NCBI GenBank assembly: GCA_040400605.1
Contig: JBBAPZ010000006.1
Span: forward strand, 97,524-161,523
Origin: Candidatus Sericytochromatia bacterium
GTDB taxonomy: Bacteria; Cyanobacteriota; Sericytochromatia; S15B-MN24; JAQBPE01
Direction: 5' to 3'
DNA length: 64,000 nucleotides
A program made the translations under genes and the position numbers. Within the stretch, counting starts at the first letter, position 1, and the number at the start of each line of letters is the position of its first letter. Under the pieces are notes generated by a model, which saw nothing but the letters and a program-made list of their open reading frames with translations, had not been told where the DNA came from and searched no databases. Below are positions 9,964 to 19,737 of the stretch, piece after piece.

Positions 9964-11745
9964 TCAAGATCCTGGCCCATCGTGTCCTCCCCTCGCGCCC
10001 TTGGTCATCCCGACACCGGTCACATCAGGCGCACTCGGCGGCAACCGCAATCGAAACGTCGCACCAGCACCACGCTCAGAAAACACCTCCAGCGTTCCGC
10101 CAAATTTACGTACGATCTGCTGACTCACAGACAATCCAAGCCCCGTGCCCTTGCCCACCTGTTTCGTCGTAAAAAACGGATCGAAAATTTTGCCCAAAAT
10201 GGCATCGGGTACCCCTTCGCCATTATCGACAATATCCACCTGGACCATCCCTGCCTCAAATGCGGTCAAAATGCGCAAAACACCCCCTGCCTCATCACCA
10301 AATCGCGCCTGAATCGCATCCATCGCGTTCACGATCAGATTCGTTAAAACCTGCCCCAACTCCGTCAACGTCCCCATCACGTGCGGTAACTCAACCAAAG
10401 TCAATTCGCGAACCACCGACATATGCTTCAAACGGTGACTAAGCAACTCCAGCGTATCGTGCAAAACGGCTGTCAACGATATAGGTCGGTACTCCGGTGC
10501 GGGTTGTCGCGCAAAATTCAACAAATTCACCACAATACGCTTGCACCGTTGCGCACCTGCCTCAACCAAGGCCAGTTGATCGCACAACTCAGGATCCTCG
10601 ATATCCATCCGCAACAACTGCACATTCGCCAAGATCGCCGAAAGCGGATTATTCAGTTCGTGCGCGACACCCCCCGCAAGCGTACCAATCGTCGCCAATT
10701 TCTCGGTCTGCACCAACTGGGCCTGCGTTTCCTGCAAACTTCTCAACGCCTGCTCCAACTCAGCCGTACGCTCCTTCACGCGCTGCTCGAGCACTTCATT
10801 AAGGCCATTGATCGTCAAGTAGGCCTCCGCATTCTGCAAAACCAAGGACAACTTCAGCGCGACCTGATTCACAAAGGTCACGTCATTGCGGTGAAACAAC
10901 CGATGTTCCGCCGCACGAAATACAGCCAAAACCCCGTACAACTTTCGATTGGCCATAATCGGTGTCAACGCGCCATGCCACGCCCGCCGCGCATCCTCCT
11001 GCACCAACGCCTCAGTCTCGCCCCCCACAACCACGCTTCGCCTCAGATCCAAACAGCGCAAAATCGCCTGCCCCTGCTCCGTTGAACGCCAAGCGTCTGT
11101 GGGTGCAACACCGACAACCGCCTCCAAAGCCAGATTTGTTGGGTCCCCGACGCACATAACCACCCACGTCTGCTCGGCGGACACCGTATCATGGATCTGA
11201 CGCACACTGTGCTTCAAAATTTCTTTCACATCATAAGACGCAATCAGAAAATCAAAATCACCCAACGCCCGTCCATAAGCCTCCTTGTACCGAACCTCCA
11301 AGCGTGCATTCAACGCATCCAACGCCATCACCCACTGCGCCTGCAAGGATGCCAGCATAGCCAAATCCACCGCCTCAACCGATGCACCAGATTCAAACTC
11401 AATCTGCACCAGGCCTACAGCTCGCGTACCCCTTGCCAACGGCAGCATCACGACATCAGCATCCGCCAAACCGCCTTCAAGGGTTCCAACCACAGCGCCA
11501 CGCCCATAAAGTGGCGCCGGTTCAGCCAAAATGCGCTGGCGCGACCACTCGGGCCTGACCCCGTGACGGGGCAGGTTCCAACCCGGCACGAATCGGACCG
11601 AGCGTATAGGCCACAACTGTCTCAAAATCGTCTCGACTGTCTTTAAACAGGCTGCCGCATCCCCATCCGCATTCAATATCGTCCCAAGCGACGCAAGCAA
11701 TTGCCAGCGATAATCCACGTTGTCCCTAACCAAATCTGCGTGCAT
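9964..11745 (-). CDS. cytoplasmic sensor histidine kinase with two GAF-like N-terminal domains (HisKA + HATPase_c), no adjacent response regulator
   Basis: H-box [11 protein letters not shown] box, G1 (DNGEGV) and G2 (GTGLGLS) boxes all present. No TM segments. Start at ATG 11745 (MHADLV) with AAGGG 9 nt upstream; the alternative start at 11826 would overlap the upstream gene by 62 nt. Confidence 0.8.
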   Translation of the reverse strand: MHADLVRDNVDYRWQLLASLGTILNADGDAAACLKTVETILRQLWPIRSVRFVPGWNLPRHGVRPEWSRQRILAEPAPLYGRGAVVGTLEGGLADADVVMLPLARGTRAVGLVQIEFESGASVEAVDLAMLASLQAQWVMALDALNARLEVRYKEAYGRALGDFDFLIASYDVKEILKHSVRQIHDTVSAEQTWVVMCVGDPTNLALEAVVGVAPTDAWRSTEQGQAILRCLDLRRSVVVGGETEALVQEDARRAWHGALTPIMANRKLYGVLAVFRAAEHRLFHRNDVTFVNQVALKLSLVLQNAEAYLTINGLNEVLEQRVKERTAELEQALRSLQETQAQLVQTEKLATIGTLAGGVAHELNNPLSAILANVQLLRMDIEDPELCDQLALVEAGAQRCKRIVVNLLNFARQPAPEYRPISLTAVLHDTLELLSHRLKHMSVVRELTLVELPHVMGTLTELGQVLTNLIVNAMDAIQARFGDEAGGVLRILTAFEAGMVQVDIVDNGEGVPDAILGKIFDPFFTTKQVGKGTGLGLSVSQQIVRKFGGTLEVFSERGAGATFRLRLPPSAPDVTGVGMTKGARGGHDGPGS

Positions 11746-11764
11746 CGGCGTCACCCTTTTTGAC

Positions 11765-12910
11765 TCAACGAGCCGCGTGATACGCCCGCATCCCAGCGAA
11801 CGCAACGTCATAACGATTATGCGCATTCCACATCATGTACCCTGTCGCACGCGCATCACTGCCTGCGCGAAGTTGCTCCACGATGTAGCGCGCGTCAAAA
11901 CGGGACACCTTGTAAGGCATCGCCTGCATCCAGGGCCGCACCACCACAGATGTGCCGGCAACCCGATCATTCAACAGGGTCAACCCCTTGAACATAAACT
12001 GATACGGTGCATTGGCCGGCCGCGCAATGCCTGCAAAACCATCATTAAAATGAGAAGGATACAACATTGGGCATAGGACATCCGTGTGGCGCGCCAAATC
12101 AGACAAGCGTTGCCCGGTGATGCGTACGTCAATGTCCATTGCCCAAGCCATAATGCCGTACACATCAATGGATACACGCATCCCCAAGCGATGAAGCGTC
12201 TCGTGCGCGCGCTTCAGAAAGGCAGTGATAATCGCATGCTTGGGTGTTCGCGATTCATCGAAGGCGTAACGCGCATTTTGTGTATCGCCCATTGCCGGAA
12301 AGCGGATGTAGTCAAACTGCACTTCATCAACCCCCGCTTTCACGAGCTCCTTTGCCAAGTCGATGTTATAGTCTTGACACGCCGGTAAAGATGGATCCAA
12401 CCACGACTGTCGGCCCAATTCCTTCCACGGGCCACCCTTGATAGACCGTGCCGCCAATGAAGGCAGCTTCTGCGCCACAATTGGATCATGAAAACACACC
12501 ACACGCCCCGCGACCTGAATCCCATAACGATGTGCCAACTGCACCCTCGCTTTGAGATCGCGCAAAGGCCCCGCAGCACTGGCCTTAACCGTGCGAGCCA
12601 AGGCCACTTCGGAGGGATAGGACACAATCCCGCCTTCATCCTTGGCATCAAAAACAATCAGATTACCCCCCGCAGCCTTCAGATTTTTCAACAGTGTCTC
12701 AAATCTCGGCAAAGCCATTGACGTCGCCGTCACGTAAATCCCACGCAACGGGGGTACTGTCGCCGCATCTTGTGTGACCCCAGACACGTCCCCGATTGTT
12801 CGCGCCTTTGCAGCAATCATTTTCGATTGGGATTCTTGGGCCATGATGGGTGCGCCAGTCAAACCCAACGTGGTCATCAGCGCGCCAAACAAGGCGGTTC
12901 TTACACCCAT
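11765..12910 (-). CDS. secreted putative glycoside hydrolase-like protein (GHL10/DUF4015-like TIM barrel)
   Basis: Signal peptide MGVRTALFGALMTTLGLTGAPIMAQ, then the pattern typical of the family-10-like glycosyl hydrolase (YngK-like) proteins (GIYVTA...LIVFDAKDEGG...DYIRFP). Family assignment from memory only. Confidence 0.55.
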   Translation of the reverse strand: MGVRTALFGALMTTLGLTGAPIMAQESQSKMIAAKARTIGDVSGVTQDAATVPPLRGIYVTATSMALPRFETLLKNLKAAGGNLIVFDAKDEGGIVSYPSEVALARTVKASAAGPLRDLKARVQLAHRYGIQVAGRVVCFHDPIVAQKLPSLAARSIKGGPWKELGRQSWLDPSLPACQDYNIDLAKELVKAGVDEVQFDYIRFPAMGDTQNARYAFDESRTPKHAIITAFLKRAHETLHRLGMRVSIDVYGIMAWAMDIDVRITGQRLSDLARHTDVLCPMLYPSHFNDGFAGIARPANAPYQFMFKGLTLLNDRVAGTSVVVRPWMQAMPYKVSRFDARYIVEQLRAGSDARATGYMMWNAHNRYDVAFAGMRAYHAAR

Positions 12911-13149
12911 GTCAATCCTCCTTTACCCATGGTGCGCGCCATTTGGCGCGACCGGGCAATCGCACGGTCATTATTCCCGCAAGCGGTCCATTTCATTCCA
13001 AAGGTGACGAAGAAGTTGATTTTTGCCATTTCACGACGCGCTGCCTGCAATCACCAGATAACCTGATTTTTGTTTGTAACGTCCGACAGGTACAGGAATA
13101 CCTAAAAATAGATCAGGACGATGGCGAAATCGGTCAGGATACCGGTTGA

Positions 13150-13917
13150 TTGCGGGATGAACATCTTATGACGGATCCAACAATCAGACCTGTCGTTGAA
13201 ACAGGCGACGCAGTATTGCATGAACAATCCCCACGTGAAAGCTTCAGGGCGCACCTTTGGGATGCAATCAAATGCAACTGGCAGCGCAAAAGATACTACG
13301 CTTATCACACGAGCGGTGCCTCCAAAAAACTGTCCAATCATCTGATCGTGAGCGAATTCATTGCCCTGCCGGTGGCGCTTCTGTTCGATTTACTGGCCAA
13401 ACGCTTTCAAAACCGTGGTATCGCCATCGTCAGTGGTGACTTTGTATCAATGAAAACGGTCAAATCACCCGATACCCCGCCAAAATACCGCTGTGCGGCA
13501 AGCGACGACAGTTTCCGCCAGATCAAAGCCGACGTGAAGGCCTATCGCCAGGCGCTTCAAAAGGCGCTGTCCCAAAATGACTTTTGGAGCGCCTCAATGC
13601 TCACTTACACCCTGATCGAATCGATTGAGAACCGGGAGATTGCCGAACGATGCCACTATGCGATGTACAAACACATCGCGGAGTCCGTCGGTCTGGCAAC
13701 CCTTCACGCGGCGGACCACTCGGAGGCTAGCCACGGCGCGAGCAACCAGCTCGCCATCGCATTGATTGCCGTTCAAGCCCAATCACTCACATGGGTCGAG
13801 CCGATTGACCGCCAGGCGCAGATGCTGCATCGCAACGGGGTCGGCATCATCGTCAATGACGTGCCGGACATTCCCTTCAAACACGCATATGAAACCAGGA
13901 TCGCGAAGCACTGTTAA
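13150..13917 (+). CDS. hypothetical protein (orphan, lower-GC gene)
   Basis: 255-aa ORF with clean codon periodicity and no recognisable motif. Local GC is about 50-52% against ~60% for the flanks. It is flanked by AT-rich non-coding DNA on both sides. Confidence 0.5.
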   Translation: MRDEHLMTDPTIRPVVETGDAVLHEQSPRESFRAHLWDAIKCNWQRKRYYAYHTSGASKKLSNHLIVSEFIALPVALLFDLLAKRFQNRGIAIVSGDFVSMKTVKSPDTPPKYRCAASDDSFRQIKADVKAYRQALQKALSQNDFWSASMLTYTLIESIENREIAERCHYAMYKHIAESVGLATLHAADHSEASHGASNQLAIALIAVQAQSLTWVEPIDRQAQMLHRNGVGIIVNDVPDIPFKHAYETRIAKHC

Positions 13918-14228
13918 AGTACCTCACGAGGCATTGATTCAGGTGAACGCCACGCTGACACATCGGTTTTTGTTTAAAAGGTAAATGGCAAAATTAAAAC
14001 ATCAGGCAATCAATTGCCACGTGCTGTACAACACCAAAAATTTAGTTGCCAATCAAGGCATTTTGTTACAGGACATTCCGAGAGTTATACAGTGACGCAT
14101 AGGTTTTAGTTCAAAAATTAACCAGCGGAATCAAAACGTCAGGCGATGACTCGCCAATATTGATCATCAGCCAAAAATTGGTCATCAAACAATGCGTTGC
14201 TGCACGATGGTCAACATTGACAATTGGG

Positions 14229-15638
14229 TCAAGTGACAGCGGGAGGTCTGAGCCATCTAACATAGACCCCAAACCCGATCGCGATCCAAACCAGAAACAT
14301 GGACCAGACAGTCCAACTGAGACCCCACATCAGATAAAGGTTAATCGCGATCGCCAATCCCGGTAAGAATGGCGCGCCGGGGCATCGAAACGGCCGCGGC
14401 GCCTCCGGAAACTCGTGTCTCAACACCAGCACCGCCGCACTGACGACGCTAAAAGCAGCCAGAGTACCCAAGCTGACAAGGTCCGCCAATTGCTCAAGCG
14501 GCACCACCATTGCCAAAAACGCGGTCACGCCGCCCAAGATGAGCACGGCCGCATAAGGCGCACCGGTTGTCGGGTGCAAACGGGTAAATGCCGCCGGCAT
14601 CAATCCATCCCGGCTCATCACGTATAAAATGCGGGTTTGCCCGATCGAAGCAACCAAAATCACGCTCAGGATCCCCACCACCGCGACCACGGACAGAACC
14701 AAGGCCGCAACCGGATGACGCATTTGTTCCAACGCATGCGCCAGAGGTTCCTGGACGTGCCTCAGCTCATTCATTGGCAAAACCGCAACCAACACCGTCG
14801 CAACAGCGACGTAAAGCAGCGTCACCAGGGTGAGTGACAGCGCGATGGCGCGTGGCAAGGTACGTTGCACGTCTCGGGTTTCCTCCGCCACTGTCGATAC
14901 CGCATCGAAGCCGATAAACAGAAAAAACACCACCGCCGCACCCGACACAACGCCCCCCCAGCCAAAAGGCATAAAAGGGTTAAAATGCGCAAACTGCATG
15001 CCTGGAACACACAAAATCAAAAATAATCCCAATACCGCAATTTTCGCTGTAACCATGGCGTTATTGAAACGCGCACTCTCACGAATACCGAACAGCAACA
15101 AGGCCGTCACGAACGCGACGGCTGCACCAGCCGGGAGATTGAACCAACCACGTGCCGAGGTGCCGGGTATCAAGTGGCCGGGCGCATAGAGCAACGTTTT
15201 GGGCAAGGTGACACCGAACTGGGCCAGCAAGGCCTGCAGATAACCGCCCCAACCAGCCGCCACAGCCGAGTTGGACAACCCATATTCGAGCAGCAGATCC
15301 CATCCCATCAAAAAAGCGACGAGTTGTCCGAAGGCGGCATAGGCATAACTATACGCGGACCCGGACGCAGGCATCATCACCGCCAGTTCACTGTAGCAAA
15401 GCGCCGCAAGCAAACAGGCGATCGCAGCCAGCACAAAGGACAACACGACCGCAGGTCCCGCATGTTGCGCCGCCACCAACCCCGGCATCACAAAAATGCC
15501 AGCGCCAATCGTGCAACCGATACCCAAGGCCGTCAGGGACCAAAGCCCCAGCACGCGCTTGTGATCAGATTCAGAACCTGATTCACCCACCGCAGTAAAA
15601 CTGGCGATCGACTTCCTAACAAACCACGGATGTGACAA
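14229..15638 (-). CDS. APC-family amino acid permease
   Basis: 469 aa with 12 predicted TMs. The N-terminal motif LGLWSLTALGIGCTIGAGIFVMPG is typical of amino acid/polyamine/organocation transporters. Confidence 0.85.
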   Translation of the reverse strand: MSHPWFVRKSIASFTAVGESGSESDHKRVLGLWSLTALGIGCTIGAGIFVMPGLVAAQHAGPAVVLSFVLAAIACLLAALCYSELAVMMPASGSAYSYAYAAFGQLVAFLMGWDLLLEYGLSNSAVAAGWGGYLQALLAQFGVTLPKTLLYAPGHLIPGTSARGWFNLPAGAAVAFVTALLLFGIRESARFNNAMVTAKIAVLGLFLILCVPGMQFAHFNPFMPFGWGGVVSGAAVVFFLFIGFDAVSTVAEETRDVQRTLPRAIALSLTLVTLLYVAVATVLVAVLPMNELRHVQEPLAHALEQMRHPVAALVLSVVAVVGILSVILVASIGQTRILYVMSRDGLMPAAFTRLHPTTGAPYAAVLILGGVTAFLAMVVPLEQLADLVSLGTLAAFSVVSAAVLVLRHEFPEAPRPFRCPGAPFLPGLAIAINLYLMWGLSWTVWSMFLVWIAIGFGVYVRWLRPPAVT

Positions 15639-16232
15639 AAGCGTTTCCCTTCAACCTGACACGTCAGCGTATGACCCCAGGTATCACTGATCGTGTTACA
15701 ACGGCAAACAGCACAAACCGATCGCAAAATACCGGGTATTTTATCCCCCTTGTTGCGCCCGCTGCTCGGCTGTTACCCCGAAGCAGCGTGCCAACTGACA
15801 ATCACGGACATTGTACCCCCATCTTGCCAAGTCCCACAGGCTTGCGGGCGCGCTAATCGTCAGGGCGCACACTCAGGAATGATGGATGATATGGCAAGGG
15901 GTCATCTGGTGATACCGTCTCTGGCTCGCGTGAATTCGCAGCAGCCAGGTTCCGGATTTTTTGCATTTGTCACGCAGGTTTTAAACCTGAGTACGTTGCG
16001 TCACGACATAACCAACAGCGTTTGGGAACCAGCCGGTCCAGTCGGCGGATCGTTTGCCAAAGCCGGTCACACCGGTTCAAAATAAACGGGGGCGCAGCAT
16101 CAGGACCGCGCTCACCATCACACCGCGTTGACGCATTTGGTGTTAATGCTCACGTTCCGTCCAGGCTCACGTGAGCGCCAGGCGCGACGCTGGTCGTCAA
16201 GCCGTCGCCAATCAAAAGAAAGGTCCTCCCAC

Positions 16233-17435
16233 GTGCGCTTGGTTTCCATCGGACTCACCGTTTTGATTGCCGTCACCATGGCCGCAACAGCCATCGACGC
16301 AGCGGGGATGCAAACGCCCCGCGTGCGTTTTCGTGAGCTGGGATACACCATTGGACGTCATCGCCCAGGGCCCTTCAACGCCATCACGGATGTCCAAGGT
16401 GTCAAAGTGGGGCACGTCACACTGACGCGCGGCGAAGGTTCGCTCAAACCGGGTGAAGGTCCCGTGCGAACGGGCGTCACCGCGATCTTGCCTCGCGAGG
16501 ATGTCTGGAACCGCAAGGTGTTTGTCGGGCATTCGGTCCTGAATGGCAACGGTGAGCTGACCGCCAACGCCTGGATGAAAGAATCCGGTTGGCTTGAAAC
16601 CCCAATCATCTTGACCAGCACCCTCAGCGTTGGGCGTGCGATGGACGGGGTGGTTGAATGGATGACCCTGCGTTATCCACAAATGGGTGTCAGCGATGAC
16701 GTCGTATTGCCCGTTGTGGGCGAATGTGATGACTCCTTTCTGAACGATCAACGCGGACGTCACGTGTCCGCAACCGATGTTGTAAACGCCATCAACAACG
16801 CAAGCGCAGGCCCCGTTCCCGAAGGCTGTGTGGGTGCAGGAACCGGCATGGTCGCCTATCGCTTCAAAGGTGGAATCGGGACAGCAAGTCGTCGGATTGG
16901 TGACGCAAGCAACGCGTACACCATCGGCGCCTTGGTCAACTGCAACATGGGTGCTCGCCGCGACCTCAGAATTGACGGCGTACCAGTTGGAGAACACCTC
17001 ACCGACTGGCAACCGCAACGCAAACCATCCGAAGGTTCGATCATCATTGTCGTCGCAACGGATGCACCACTGTTGCCTCACCAACTGGAGCGCGTCGCCC
17101 GACGGGCTTTCCTCGGCCTGGGTCGCACCGGTACACACGTCTCACATGGCTCAGGCGATTTTGCACTCGCTTTTTCCACCGCGAACGACATTCCGCATCA
17201 AACCGCCAAAACGGTGCAATCCTACCAGTCCATTCACCACAGCATTCTCAACCCACTCTTTGAAGCCACGATCGAAGCCGTCGAAGAAGCCATCCTGAAC
17301 GCACTGACAACCGCCCGGACCACCACCGGAAGAGATGGGCACATCATCCATGCGCTACCTTACGATGCCCTGATGCGCGTCATGACACGGTATGGAAACG
17401 TGCCGGCCAAATACAGCCCTCGCGAAGCTCATTGA
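16233..17435 (+). CDS. peptidase S58 (DmpA / L-aminopeptidase D-Ala-esterase) family protein
   Basis: Strong similarity pattern to the DmpA/P1 family (GYTIGRHRPGPFNAITDVQGVKVGHVTL...GVTAILP...). Start uncertain: GTG 16233 gives a signal-like N-terminus; the track's upstream extension is basic low complexity. Confidence 0.7.
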   Translation: MRLVSIGLTVLIAVTMAATAIDAAGMQTPRVRFRELGYTIGRHRPGPFNAITDVQGVKVGHVTLTRGEGSLKPGEGPVRTGVTAILPREDVWNRKVFVGHSVLNGNGELTANAWMKESGWLETPIILTSTLSVGRAMDGVVEWMTLRYPQMGVSDDVVLPVVGECDDSFLNDQRGRHVSATDVVNAINNASAGPVPEGCVGAGTGMVAYRFKGGIGTASRRIGDASNAYTIGALVNCNMGARRDLRIDGVPVGEHLTDWQPQRKPSEGSIIIVVATDAPLLPHQLERVARRAFLGLGRTGTHVSHGSGDFALAFSTANDIPHQTAKTVQSYQSIHHSILNPLFEATIEAVEEAILNALTTARTTTGRDGHIIHALPYDALMRVMTRYGNVPAKYSPREAH

Positions 17436-17838
17436 TTGTTCACCAACTCCATGGCTGGCATCAGCGATCGCCCCACGCGACAGGCGCGCACTGATTGGTT
17501 GTCAAATCAGTGGTTGAAACCGCACCTCAGTGCGTGAATACCTTGCATCTGGTGAACACGTGTTCCACAAAAGCGCTTGCGTCACCGCCTTGAAGTAATT
17601 CTGGCGGTGGCTGCGCGATACGTTGACCCGCGTACTGGTGAATGAAGCTGTCGCTGGCCAAAGAATATCAACAGCGGCTTTGCCAGGATTATTGTTGCCT
17701 CTGCAAACAGACCTGACAAAGCAGCGATGGTCACTATTGAACCCGGCCTGTCCTCCGCCTGGTTCTTTAATACCCTGTCTGGCAAGGCTGTTGGGATCCA
17801 CGGTAGAATGAAAGGGTAAAATCAATCGGAGTTTAACC

Positions 17839-19296
17839 ATGCAGTTGACCTTTAACGAAGCCCTCCTAAGCACGCAAACCGATGCGCTGATTGTGGCTGT
17901 GCGTTCCCACCCATCTCACAGCGATTCGACACTGAATCGCTATCTGCAAACGCTGTTACAAGATGGTACTTTCAGCGGCGCGGTGGATGAAGTCGAAGTC
18001 GTGTACCCGGTGCAAGGCTTGGGATGCAAGCGTGTGATTTTCGTGGGACTGGGCGAGGAAAACGTGACGCCAGCGAGTTGGCGTAAGGCTATCACCGCAG
18101 GCTATCAGCATGTCAAGGACAAGGTTTCAGTGCTTGGCGTGCTGATGCCAAGTGATGCAGACCCAAGCATGCTTGCTGAGTCTACCGTAGAAACAGTGGT
18201 ATCACTCAGCTATCGTTTTCACCCCTATCGTACCCATCCCCCCGAGCCATCCGAAAAAACGCTCACCGAACTGGTATTGCCGTGCGCCGACAAATCAAAC
18301 CCGGCGAACGCAGCGCGCGATGCCCTTGTATTGGCAAATGTGGTCAACCAGGCACGCGACTGGTCCAATCGACCAGGCAACCAACTGACTGTACCGGAGT
18401 TGCTCAAGGCAATTGAATCAGTGTCCAGTGAACACGGTTTGTCCTGCCAGGTGCTGGATGCGGCGGCACTGAAGACTGAGGGTCTGCATTTGCTGCTCGG
18501 TGTCGGCCGTGCCAGCATCCATCAACCGGCGCTGGCGGTGGTAACCTACCAGGGCGCGCCCAACAACGACGCAACCATTGCCTTGGTTGGCAAAGGCCTG
18601 ACCTTTGACACGGGTGGTATCTGCATCAAACCCCGTGCCGGAATGGAAGAGATGAAGAGCGACATGCACGGGGTTGCCACGGTACTTGGTACGCTGGCTG
18701 TTGCCGCCTCACGCAGATTACCGGTTAATCTTGTGGTTGCTATGCCTCTGGCGGAGAACATGCCGGGTGGCAACGCACTCAAGCCGGGGGATATCCTCAA
18801 AGCTTATGACGGTCAAAGCGTTGAGGTCATTGATACGGATGCGGAGGGACGACTGGTTTTAGCGGATGCGATCGCCTGGATCATCCAACACCATCAACCC
18901 GGCATCCTCATCGATGTCGCCACCTTGACGGGTTCAATCATCACCACCTTGGGTTACGAGGCCACCGGTCTGTTCAGCCCGGACGACGCGCTTGCCGAAT
19001 CATTGACGCAAGCAGGCGAACGCACGGGTGAACGCCTGTGGCGCATGCCCATTTGGCCAGCCTACGAAAAACATATCAAAAGCGACATCGCAGACTGGCG
19101 TAACGCCACCCCGATGAAAGGGGATGCCATCGCAGCCGCAGCCTTTTTGAAACAATTCGTTGGCCAAACCCGTTGGGCGCACCTCGACATCGCCGGCCCC
19201 TCCTATTTGCCGGAATCCAAACAGCATCTCCCCAAAGGCTCCACAGGCGTCGGCATTCGGCTCCTCATCGATTGGCTGACCCATCACCACGCATAA
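17839..19296 (+). CDS. pepA: leucyl aminopeptidase (M17 family)
   Basis: VGKGLTFDTGG and NTDAEGRL signature motifs. GGAG RBS 8 nt upstream of ATG 17839. Confidence 0.9.
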   Translation: MQLTFNEALLSTQTDALIVAVRSHPSHSDSTLNRYLQTLLQDGTFSGAVDEVEVVYPVQGLGCKRVIFVGLGEENVTPASWRKAITAGYQHVKDKVSVLGVLMPSDADPSMLAESTVETVVSLSYRFHPYRTHPPEPSEKTLTELVLPCADKSNPANAARDALVLANVVNQARDWSNRPGNQLTVPELLKAIESVSSEHGLSCQVLDAAALKTEGLHLLLGVGRASIHQPALAVVTYQGAPNNDATIALVGKGLTFDTGGICIKPRAGMEEMKSDMHGVATVLGTLAVAASRRLPVNLVVAMPLAENMPGGNALKPGDILKAYDGQSVEVIDTDAEGRLVLADAIAWIIQHHQPGILIDVATLTGSIITTLGYEATGLFSPDDALAESLTQAGERTGERLWRMPIWPAYEKHIKSDIADWRNATPMKGDAIAAAAFLKQFVGQTRWAHLDIAGPSYLPESKQHLPKGSTGVGIRLLIDWLTHHHA

Positions 19297-19697
19297 GACC
19301 GCGCAAACACCTGTACTGCATCCCAAGACATGCGGGCTGTTTGCCTTGGGATGCGAGCGAAGACACCACAAGCCTCCAGCCTGAATCGGACATTCGGCCC
19401 AGACCCGCGGCAGTTTAGCCCTAAAATGTAGCGGGTCTGGCGCGATGCTGCAAACCTCGTCTAACCATTTGTTGCCCAACGTCTTTGGCATATGGCAGCA
19501 GATTTGTCACCCAAGCGCCGGTTCGACACACCTTAAAATAACAACGGTGATTGAAACCTTCTTTTGATACCGGCTGCAGTGCACCGTGCCTCTTTTCAAA
19601 CGAACACCCCAGTGACAGGACAAGCGCATTTGCTACGATGTAACGCCAACGAAACAAGAACCAAACAATGAGGCGTTCTCACTTTTTTTAAGTCAAA

Positions 19698-19727
19698 CGG
19701 GACCCTATAAAACACCATAGGGTCCCG
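19698..19727. terminator. perfect 11-bp-stem hairpin at the 3' end of clpC (candidate bidirectional terminator)
   Basis: CGGGACCCTAT-aaaacacc-ATAGGGTCCCG sits between the convergent pepA and clpC ends, with a T7 run on the + strand just upstream. Confidence 0.5.
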
Positions 19728-19737
19728 CTATCAGAAC

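Noticed and set aside
16212-17138. 308-aa minus-strand ORF
   Set aside because: Antisense to the S58 peptidase gene, which has clear family motifs.
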